The position numbers and the translations under genes were made by a program. Of a stretch of 64,000 nt of DNA, positions 57,184-64,000 are shown piece by piece (position 1 is the stretch's first letter; each line of letters opens with the position of its first letter). Below the pieces are notes generated by a model. It saw nothing but the letters and a program-made list of their open reading frames with translations. It made no database searches and had not been told where the DNA came from. Source of the DNA: Flavobacteriales bacterium (GTDB taxonomy: Bacteria > Bacteroidota > Bacteroidia > Flavobacteriales_C > GCA-002722245); contig JBJTOK010000038.1 in NCBI GenBank assembly GCA_046074525.1, positions 128,305 to 192,304 of the forward strand, in the 5' to 3' direction.

Positions 57184-57239
57184 TTATTAATAAACTATTT
57201 GTATTTTCGCCTCCAAATTAACACAATAATTATTGACTC

Positions 57240-57587
57240 ATGGCTATAATGATCACAGAAGAATGCATTAACTGCGGCGCCTGCGAACCAGAATGTCCGA
57301 ACAATGCAATTTACGAAGGTGGAGTTGAATGGAGATTATCCGACGGCACATCTATCAAAGGCAACGTAACCACACCAACAGGAAACAGCTACGATGCCGC
57401 TGCAGCCCACGAACCGAATGCTACAGACGTATATTATATAGTATCCGACAAATGCACAGAATGCAAAGGCTTCCACGATGAACCACAATGCGCTTCTGTT
57501 TGTCCGGTAGACTGCTGCGTAGATGATCCTGCACACAGAGAATCAGAGGAATTACTCCTTGCCAAGAAGGATTTCCTGCACCTGTAA
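57240..57587 (+). CDS. 4Fe-4S dicluster ferredoxin
   Basis: Two Cys clusters (CINCGACEPECP ... CTECKGFHDEPQCASVCPVDCC). Confidence 0.88.
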   Translation: MAIMITEECINCGACEPECPNNAIYEGGVEWRLSDGTSIKGNVTTPTGNSYDAAAAHEPNATDVYYIVSDKCTECKGFHDEPQCASVCPVDCCVDDPAHRESEELLLAKKDFLHL

Positions 57588-57607
57588 AACAATCTCTGTT
57601 AATAAAA

Positions 57608-57640
57608 ATAAACCCCGTCCACAATAAGGACGGGGTTTTT
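57608..57640 (+). terminator. Intrinsic terminator after ferredoxin gene
   Basis: aaACCCCGTCCacaataaGGACGGGGTttttg. Confidence 0.8.
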
Positions 57641-58634
57641 GCTTTATACTTGTACCAATCATTGGAAGCGCTTGAAAATCCGTATCAGCATAATACTATT
57701 GCTCTTTTCACTGTCGCTGAAGGCAGAGAATAATCCTGCTGATTTCAAGCTGCTCGAAGACTCCCTGATCAACATATTTCAAACGATAGAAGGAAAAGAA
57801 AGCGACGATGCCGCAAAACTATCATCGAATGATGCTTTCCGCATACTATTGAAAAACACCTTGCTTCTCCCCGCTTCTTATAAATATGAATTCCGCGAAC
57901 TGAAAAGCATTTCTATCCTTACAGCTTCCGACAGGAAATTCAGGATATTTTCATGGGGTTTTGCTACATCCGATGGCGTTTATCATTACTATGGTTTCAC
58001 GCAATACAATGATAAAAAGAACAAAAAAATCATTTTACGCGAACTCCAGGACAACAATACTCCACTTAATGAATACAGCAAATACAGCGACTCCACATGG
58101 TATGGGGCTGTTTACTACGAGCTGGTTCCTCGCAAAAAGAAAAGTGATAGTTGTTATGTTTTACTGGGCTGGGACGGCAACGACTGGATGTCGAAAAAAA
58201 GAATTATTGAGCCCGTTTATTTCAGTCGTGATGGTAAAATCAATTTTGGAAATCCGCTTTTTAAGGAAAAAGAAGTCGCATTAGCTAAAGTGAAAAAAAC
58301 TGACAAGCCTGTACGTACAATAAAAAAAGAAAGCACCGGCAAGGAAAAACAACGCATCGTTTTTGAATATGCCGCAAAAGCAGCCATGTCGCTACACTAC
58401 AAAAGAGATATGAAAATGATCGTATTTGACCACTTGGCACCAAGCGATCCGATGTATACGAATATGTTTATGTTTTACGCTCCCGACTTCAGTTACGATG
58501 CGTACTATTACAAAAAGAAAAACTGGTATCTGAATAAGAATGTAGATGTACGAAACAAGAAAATCATCAAAGCCCAACCTTATCAACCTGCAAACGACGA
58601 AGACATCAAATTGAAAAAACCGTTATTCAAGTAA
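57639..58634 (+). CDS. Hypothetical secreted protein (331 aa)
   Basis: Signal-peptide-like N-terminus (KRLKIRISIILLLFSLSLKA); no recognised domain. Coordinates from ORF track (my hand reading of the start codon differs by 1 nt). Confidence 0.45.
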   Translation: MLYTCTNHWKRLKIRISIILLLFSLSLKAENNPADFKLLEDSLINIFQTIEGKESDDAAKLSSNDAFRILLKNTLLLPASYKYEFRELKSISILTASDRKFRIFSWGFATSDGVYHYYGFTQYNDKKNKKIILRELQDNNTPLNEYSKYSDSTWYGAVYYELVPRKKKSDSCYVLLGWDGNDWMSKKRIIEPVYFSRDGKINFGNPLFKEKEVALAKVKKTDKPVRTIKKESTGKEKQRIVFEYAAKAAMSLHYKRDMKMIVFDHLAPSDPMYTNMFMFYAPDFSYDAYYYKKKNWYLNKNVDVRNKKIIKAQPYQPANDEDIKLKKPLFK

Positions 58635-59702
58635 TTACTCCCCTTCCGTTTTCTCCATGCTTTCCATTTGTTTCTTTGCTCTCTCTTCATCAATTTTTCT
58701 TTGATTGAGGGTACGCAGATAATATTTAGAGCTCTTGTTTCCCGCTTCAACAGCCTTTTGCGCCCACTCTATGGCTTTGTCCAATTGCCCATCAATTTCA
58801 TAAGCCACTGCAATATTGTGCGCAGCTCTTCCTCTTATTTTTGGCTTCTCAGCACTCTTATATACCTCCTGCCATATTTTAGCACCTTCGGCGTAATTTT
58901 CGTTGGTAATAAAAAGTCGGGCATCTTTCATCGCAGGATTTCCCCCTGTATAAAAAGAGCGGTTCACCATCATGGCTACAGGTGCAATTCGCAAAGCATA
59001 AGACTCACCATTTTTCCGGGCCAGCTCCCCGACTACCATTGAATATTGAGGCAAGGCACTTTCAGCATCGGTAGTGCTAATTCCTTTTGCAGACGACGAT
59101 CTACTTTCCCTTGTTCTGTATTCATCCACAATTTTTTGTGTGGAAGGATCATAAATTCTCCAGCCGGTGATTACTTCTACCGTCATGCTCACTACATTAA
59201 TTACCTGCGTTTGTGTGATGCCGTTTTTGACGATACTCTGGTTTTCATTACTCCAGCGCAGACTCTTATTTGTATCAAAAACTTCAAGCACTACGAGCGC
59301 ATCCACTTTATTCTTTTCACACAACTCTCTTATAAGGTCCCAGTTTAAAAGAGTTGAAAAACCTATTGATCCGTTATTTGTAAGGTTCACTCCCTGAATT
59401 TGGTAAACAGTAAATCTTTCTGTTTTTGATAATTCGAAAATCATTCCTGCCATTGCTTCATTGGCTGAATATTTATCCTGATAAGCATTTTCTCCTGAAA
59501 ACATTCCTTCCACTACATTCAAAGCTTTCCCTGATTTATCCGGATGACTGCGATCAACAATTCCCAATCTTTTAATATGTCCAGGAACATCAATATCCGC
59601 AGGCTTCATCACTTTCACTGTGGCAGGAGATGTTGCAACACAAGAATAAAAAAAGGAAACAACCACAGCGGTGAATGTAAGTAAAAGAGCATTTTTTTTC
59701 AT
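58635..59702 (-). CDS. Hypothetical lipoprotein with C-terminal TPR-like region (355 aa)
   Basis: Lipoprotein signal MKKNALLLTFTAVVVSFFYSC; C-terminal helical repeats (GRAAHNIAVAYEIDGQLDKAIEWAQKAVEAG). Confidence 0.5.
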   Translation of the reverse strand: MKKNALLLTFTAVVVSFFYSCVATSPATVKVMKPADIDVPGHIKRLGIVDRSHPDKSGKALNVVEGMFSGENAYQDKYSANEAMAGMIFELSKTERFTVYQIQGVNLTNNGSIGFSTLLNWDLIRELCEKNKVDALVVLEVFDTNKSLRWSNENQSIVKNGITQTQVINVVSMTVEVITGWRIYDPSTQKIVDEYRTRESRSSSAKGISTTDAESALPQYSMVVGELARKNGESYALRIAPVAMMVNRSFYTGGNPAMKDARLFITNENYAEGAKIWQEVYKSAEKPKIRGRAAHNIAVAYEIDGQLDKAIEWAQKAVEAGNKSSKYYLRTLNQRKIDEERAKKQMESMEKTEGE

Positions 59703-59863
59703 ACAAAGGATTTACAAGAAAGAGAGTCGATCAAAAATACAACCACAATTCTTTTAAAAGCAAATAAGCAAAATTTATTTCAAGAATGTTTTGTTGAAAT
59801 CTCTTCACAACAAAAAATGTTTAATGAGGTACAAAGACGTAGATTAACATAAAAATAATTTAC

Positions 59864-61201
59864 GTGGGAAAAAGTAGAAAAATTTTCGTTCTGGACACAT
59901 CAGTAATCATTTACGATCACGATGCCATAAAAAACTTTGGAGACAACGACGTAGCAATCCCCATCACGGTTCTGGAAGAACTCGATAATTTTAAAAAAGG
60001 CAACGATAGCAAGAACTTTGCTGCGCGTGAATTTACGAGATTCATCGACGCCGCCTCAGGATCAAACACTTTGAAAAAGTGGATACCGATTGGTGAACGC
60101 GACAAAGGACTTTTTTCCATCGTGATGTCGAATCCCACCAAAGTGGATGCGGAAGAAATTTTCGGAAGGGATAAAGCCGATCATAAAATATTAAACGCTG
60201 CCCTTTACCTCATTGAAAAATTTCCGAAACGGAAAGTAATTTTCGTAACCAAGGATATTAACCTGCGCATCAAGGCGAAATCTCTCGACATGGTGGCAGA
60301 GGATTACGAAACAGGAAAGATGACCGAAGAAGTTCTGGAACATGGCTCTACACCAACCGGTCGTGCTTTCATTGAAGGAGTTGATTCCAATATCATCGAT
60401 AAACTATATGAAGAGAAAGTAGTTTCTGCAGAAAACATTATCCCTCCATCCAAAAAAAGCAATCATTATTACATTCTCAAAAACGGCAAAAAATCTGTTC
60501 TCTCTTATTATAACTCTGCAGAGAAATTATTTGAGCGCGTAGAAAAAATGTCGGCTTACGGTATCGGTCCGCGCAACTCCGAACAGGCTTTTGCCTTGCA
60601 CGCTATATTAAATCCAAAAGTAAAATTGGTGACCATTCAGGGCGCTGCAGGAACAGGAAAAACTTTGCTTTCATTGGCCGGGGCTTTACAACAAAGAAGA
60701 GATTTTCATCAAATTTATTTAGCGCGGCCAATTGTTCCACTGAGCAATAAAGACATTGGTTATTTGCCTGGAGATATCAAATCGAAACTGAATCCCTACA
60801 TGGAACCATTGTGGGATAACCTTAAATTGATTAAGAGTCAGTTCAACCAACAGGACAAAGAATACAAAGCCATTGAAGAAATGGTGGCCAACGAAAAAAT
60901 TGTAGTAACGCCGCTCGCTTACATACGCGGAAGAAGCTTATCCAATATTTTCTTCATTATTGACGAGGCGCAAAACCTTACTCCGCATGAAGTTAAAACC
61001 ATTATCAGCCGGGCAGGAGAAAACACAAAAATTGTTTTCACAGGGGATGTGTACCAGATCGACACTCCTTACCTCGATCATTTAAGTAATGGTTTGTCTT
61101 ATCTTATTGAAAAAGTTAAAGCACATCCTTTGTACGCTCATATCGCTCTGGAAAGAGGTGAACGATCTGAGCTGGCCAATCTTGCCAACGATTTCTTATA
61201 A
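59864..61201 (+). CDS. PhoH2: N-terminal PIN domain fused to PhoH-like ATPase
   Basis: PIN acidic residues (VLDTSVIIYD...TVLEELD), Walker A GAAGTGKT in C-terminal PhoH domain. Confidence 0.88.
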   Translation: MGKSRKIFVLDTSVIIYDHDAIKNFGDNDVAIPITVLEELDNFKKGNDSKNFAAREFTRFIDAASGSNTLKKWIPIGERDKGLFSIVMSNPTKVDAEEIFGRDKADHKILNAALYLIEKFPKRKVIFVTKDINLRIKAKSLDMVAEDYETGKMTEEVLEHGSTPTGRAFIEGVDSNIIDKLYEEKVVSAENIIPPSKKSNHYYILKNGKKSVLSYYNSAEKLFERVEKMSAYGIGPRNSEQAFALHAILNPKVKLVTIQGAAGTGKTLLSLAGALQQRRDFHQIYLARPIVPLSNKDIGYLPGDIKSKLNPYMEPLWDNLKLIKSQFNQQDKEYKAIEEMVANEKIVVTPLAYIRGRSLSNIFFIIDEAQNLTPHEVKTIISRAGENTKIVFTGDVYQIDTPYLDHLSNGLSYLIEKVKAHPLYAHIALERGERSELANLANDFL

Positions 61202-61221
61202 TAGTACAACTCTTCAAAATG

Positions 61222-61257
61222 AAAAGTCTGGAGTAAGCACTTCAGACTTTTTATTTT
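61222..61257 (+). terminator. Intrinsic terminator after PhoH2 gene
   Basis: AAAAGTCTGgagtaagcacttcCAGACTTTTtatttt: 9-bp stem plus T-rich tail. Confidence 0.7.
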
Positions 61258-61284
61258 GCTTTTTCAACAGATGTTGAAAAAAGC

Positions 61285-61584
61285 ATGCAAACTTATTTAC
61301 GTAAATTCCCGTATAAGAATGTAAGAGGCACCCAAAAACAGTTTTTTATGGAAAGGTCAATATTCAAACGTTTTGAGAAGCGTCATTGCCGCATCAAAAT
61401 GAAATCGGGTAAAGAAGTGTACGGCGTGATGTGGGAAGAAAACGTTACTGAAAACAAGTTCAGGTATTATTTCAGTAGTTCCAGCGACTATCAACGATTG
61501 AAAAGCAGATTACAAAGTGCTCTTTTCGCCATCTACCAGGTAGATCTCAACGATATTGTTTACGCTGAAGTCATCAGCAAATAA
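61285..61584 (+). CDS. Small hypothetical protein (99 aa from 61285; 78 aa if started at ATG 61348)
   Basis: ORF with own terminator downstream; basic, no recognised domain. Start ambiguous. Confidence 0.35.
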   Translation: MQTYLRKFPYKNVRGTQKQFFMERSIFKRFEKRHCRIKMKSGKEVYGVMWEENVTENKFRYYFSSSSDYQRLKSRLQSALFAIYQVDLNDIVYAEVISK

Positions 61585-61607
61585 AATATTTACTACTAAC
61601 TACACCC

Positions 61608-61647
61608 CTGCTCCTCCGGAAAACACCGGGGGAGTTTTTGTTTTCCT
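61608..61647 (+). terminator. Intrinsic terminator after small ORF
   Basis: CTCCTCCGGaaaacacCGGGGGAGtttttgtttt (one G:U pair). Confidence 0.75.
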
Positions 61648-61724
61648 ACATTTTTTTCGTTTTTTTTTGCACCGTAAATAGATTACGGTCTGTACCAATA
61701 TCATTGCTATATAAACAATGATAT

Positions 61725-62000
61725 ATGAAAACAATTATTCAATTCAGGTTAAACGATGAGGCGGTAAAAATAACTGCTAATTCCGTAGAATGCAAAAACA
61801 GCTGTGTTCAGGTACAACTGGTTAAAATGCTTGTTGAATGCCGCAACGAAACCGAGATAGGAAAATGTCCACTCCCGCTGTTGTTTAACAAGTATCTGCG
61901 TTTCATGGATATCACACACACTGAATTCATCGAACTGAACGACACTATATATGCTGGCAACGACTTCGCCGAGATGGTATTATCGAGAATTGCCGCTTAA
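61725..62000 (+). CDS. Small hypothetical Cys-containing protein (91 aa)
   Basis: Clean ATG, own upstream palindrome and downstream terminator; four Cys (CKNSC...C...C) but no recognised motif. Confidence 0.4.
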   Translation: MKTIIQFRLNDEAVKITANSVECKNSCVQVQLVKMLVECRNETEIGKCPLPLLFNKYLRFMDITHTEFIELNDTIYAGNDFAEMVLSRIAA

Positions 62001-62019
62001 ACTCAATGGTTGATCAATA

Positions 62020-62054
62020 AAAAAGCCGGAAGAATTTTGTCCTTCCGGCTTTTA
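62020..62054. terminator. Bidirectional terminator between the small ORF (+) and the T9SS protein gene (-)
   Basis: aaaaaGCCGGAAGaattttgtcCTTCCGGCtttt. Confidence 0.8.
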
Positions 62055-62090
62055 TAGCCTTGTCTGTTTTCCCGGCGGGTGAGGCTTTAT

Positions 62091-64000
62091 TTATCTCATC
62101 AAAGTAACGTGACCTACAATAGGATCATGCTTGATTCCCGAGAAGTGATCCACGTAAGTGACGCGCCATACATAAACATCCACCTGTGCATCCCGCATAT
62201 CATTAGATCGTTTTCCATTCCATGCTTCCGTAGGATCATTGGTTTTAAAAATGACTTCACCCCAGCGATCGAAAATTATGAATTCATATCCCGCATCACC
62301 GAAATTGATTCCCCGAGGTAAAAAACCATCATTATCTCCATCATCGTTTGGAGTAAATGCTGATGGTACGAATATCGTTGTACCCTCTCTCACATACACA
62401 TTGTGAACAATGGAATCGTAGCAGGAACCATTACTTACTTTTAATTTCACCGCAATAGTATCATCCTTCGTTGAGCTGAAAGTTACTTCCTGATTTTGCG
62501 AGGTTGATGTGGAAGGAGTTCCTTTCGGACCAAAATCCCAAAGCCAGCTCGTTACATCACTTGATGATGCATCATAAAATGTAGCCACTGGATGTTCGGT
62601 GCTCATGATATCAGGAGTTACATTGAACTCTGCTTTTACGGGAGGTATTACAGTAATATAATCCTTCTTAATTTCAATTGAAATACAGCCGTTGGAATAG
62701 GTATTTTGGACTTTAACAGTATGCGTTCCCACATCCCAATAACTCCATAAATAACTTCCCTGAACCCCTACCAATCCACCTCCCTCATAGAAAGTCCACA
62801 AGGAACTAATACCAGGCATTGAATCTGAAATATCAAAAAAATGGGCTATAAATGGCGTACATCCTACACGCTTCTCAGCAAAAAAATCGGTTTTAGGCAC
62901 TTTCTTCACTCTAACATTATAAAAAGCGGTATCAATGCAGGAGCCATTGGCCATCCTGTATTCTATGGAATGATTACCCACCGTTGCTCCGGCCGGATTA
63001 AAGAACCCTAAAGAATTGATTTTCCCTTCTGCTTCCCACCATGTCCCTGCACTACCTGCTGCAGCCAACTGTATTCCGGCTGCATTTTCACAAATGGTAG
63101 AATCACCGGTAACGATTGCTGAGGGAGGGGTAACAACAGTCATTGTTACAGTATCAGGAATATAACAGTTATATCCTGTAACCTCATAAGTGATTTTAAA
63201 AGAACCTGTAGCTGATGCATCAAACTTCCCTGTAGCGGTATTCAATCCCGATCCTGCGCCGATAAACTTCCATGATGCCGGAACAACATAACCCAGCGTA
63301 GCAGGATCTACCGGCAACCATGCATTAGTGAGCGTATAAGACTGGCCTGTACAAAGGGTTTTGTCTTCCGTAATTACAGAAGTGAATACAGGAAGTACAG
63401 TAATATCTAACGAAGCAGTATCACCACAATTACTTTCCAGTCCATAACTAATGGTATTCACTCCCGCTGTAGCCAGCGCAGGATTAAACAGTCCTGTCGT
63501 CTGATTAATACAGCTTCCGCACGTGGCAAAGAATTTTCCACCGCTGGAGACCTTGGAAATGGTAAAAGGTGCTGCATTCTGACAAACTGTATTCTGGGTA
63601 GTTGATATCGATGGATCAAATTGTCCGATAACATGCATCACCATAGTTTGTTTATCCGGACACGGACCGGCAAATGAATATTCCAGTGAATAATCCCCCA
63701 CTACATAACTTGCATTCTGAGGATCAAAAGGAGAAGTAGTCGGACCTACTGTTCCCGCTGCCCCGGCCGGAGCTGAAATGATCTTCCAGGTACCTCCAGC
63801 TTTCTTCGCAAAAGCGTTGATATTTACCGCAGCATCAGTTTTACAAACAGTAGAATCGGTGATTGTCAGACTCGCATCTGTACTATCGTTTACAATAACA
63901 TCAATCGATTTCTGATCTCCACACAAACCGCCCAAAGTGTAATATACTTTTTTGGTTCCGGCAGGTGTTGCCTTTGAAGGATCAAACAACCCCGTTGCAG
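62091..64000 (-). CDS. Second large T9SS type-B CTD cell-surface protein, C-terminal part (gene continues beyond window end)
   Basis: Same Ig-like repeat type (..TGxFDPS..), PKD-like domains and C-terminal FVPSAFTPNDDGDNDGF...IFDRWGEVIFKT...WNGK sorting domain as the giant protein; reading frame stays open to position 64000 (the track start at 63989 is an internal TTG). Confidence 0.85.
   Translation of the reverse strand, partial: ATGLFDPSKATPAGTKKVYYTLGGLCGDQKSIDVIVNDSTDASLTITDSTVCKTDAAVNINAFAKKAGGTWKIISAPAGAAGTVGPTTSPFDPQNASYVVGDYSLEYSFAGPCPDKQTMVMHVIGQFDPSISTTQNTVCQNAAPFTISKVSSGGKFFATCGSCINQTTGLFNPALATAGVNTISYGLESNCGDTASLDITVLPVFTSVITEDKTLCTGQSYTLTNAWLPVDPATLGYVVPASWKFIGAGSGLNTATGKFDASATGSFKITYEVTGYNCYIPDTVTMTVVTPPSAIVTGDSTICENAAGIQLAAAGSAGTWWEAEGKINSLGFFNPAGATVGNHSIEYRMANGSCIDTAFYNVRVKKVPKTDFFAEKRVGCTPFIAHFFDISDSMPGISSLWTFYEGGGLVGVQGSYLWSYWDVGTHTVKVQNTYSNGCISIEIKKDYITVIPPVKAEFNVTPDIMSTEHPVATFYDASSSDVTSWLWDFGPKGTPSTSTSQNQEVTFSSTKDDTIAVKLKVSNGSCYDSIVHNVYVREGTTIFVPSAFTPNDDGDNDGFLPRGINFGDAGYEFIIFDRWGEVIFKTNDPTEAWNGKRSNDMRDAQVDVYVWRVTYVDHFSGIKHDPIVGHVTLMR

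Noticed and set aside
57638-57665. Apparent 1-nt inconsistency between my hand translation of the printed sequence and the ORF-track frame at the start of ORF 57639..58634
   Set aside because: Most likely my own reading error over a short stretch. The ORF-track coordinates are used, and no frameshift or pseudogene is claimed.
1-64000. CRISPR arrays, tRNA/rRNA genes, transposases/integrases, prophage genes
   Set aside because: No direct-repeat/spacer periodicity, no T-loop (GTTCGAATC-like) or acceptor-stem patterns in intergenic regions, and no protein resembling a transposase, integrase or phage structural protein was seen. The window appears to be core chromosome.

Overview
This 64-kb window looks like ordinary chromosome from a Bacteroidota genome. 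Supporting signs are two proteins ending in the T9SS type-B ('gliding motility-associated') C-terminal sorting domain, lipoprotein and Omp85 content, no Shine-Dalgarno dependence, about 40% GC, and frequent ATGA/TGATG stop-start overlaps. It holds roughly 60 genes, and I could not recognise any rRNA, tRNA, CRISPR, transposase or integrase.

Highlights of the content:
- A complete trpE-G-D-C-F-B-A operon on the minus strand (17629 down to 11125).
- A 19-codon Trp-rich leader peptide plus an intrinsic terminator upstream of trpE (a putative attenuator). It is too short to appear in the ORF track.
- A near-perfect 29-bp inverted repeat filling the only large intergenic gap of that operon, between trpG and trpD.
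- A 2.5-kaa T9SS-secreted cell-surface protein with an N-terminal GH8-like glycoside hydrolase domain, SprB-like and Ig-like repeat arrays and two PKD domains. A second, partial paralogue runs off the 3' edge of the window.
- An unusual fusion of an M1-type (HExxH-X18-E) metallopeptidase to a C-terminal Omp85-like beta-barrel, resembling a type Vd (PlpD-like) autotransporter.
- A PrsW-family membrane protease with large extra domains.
- clpB, accD, fba, nadC, queE, rarA, rlmH, wecB, a small polysaccharide-biosynthesis cluster, a cold-shock gene, a PIN-PhoH2 gene and several clean intrinsic terminators.

Coordinates of features I derived by hand (leader peptide, hairpins, terminators, corrected starts) may be off by a nucleotide or two.
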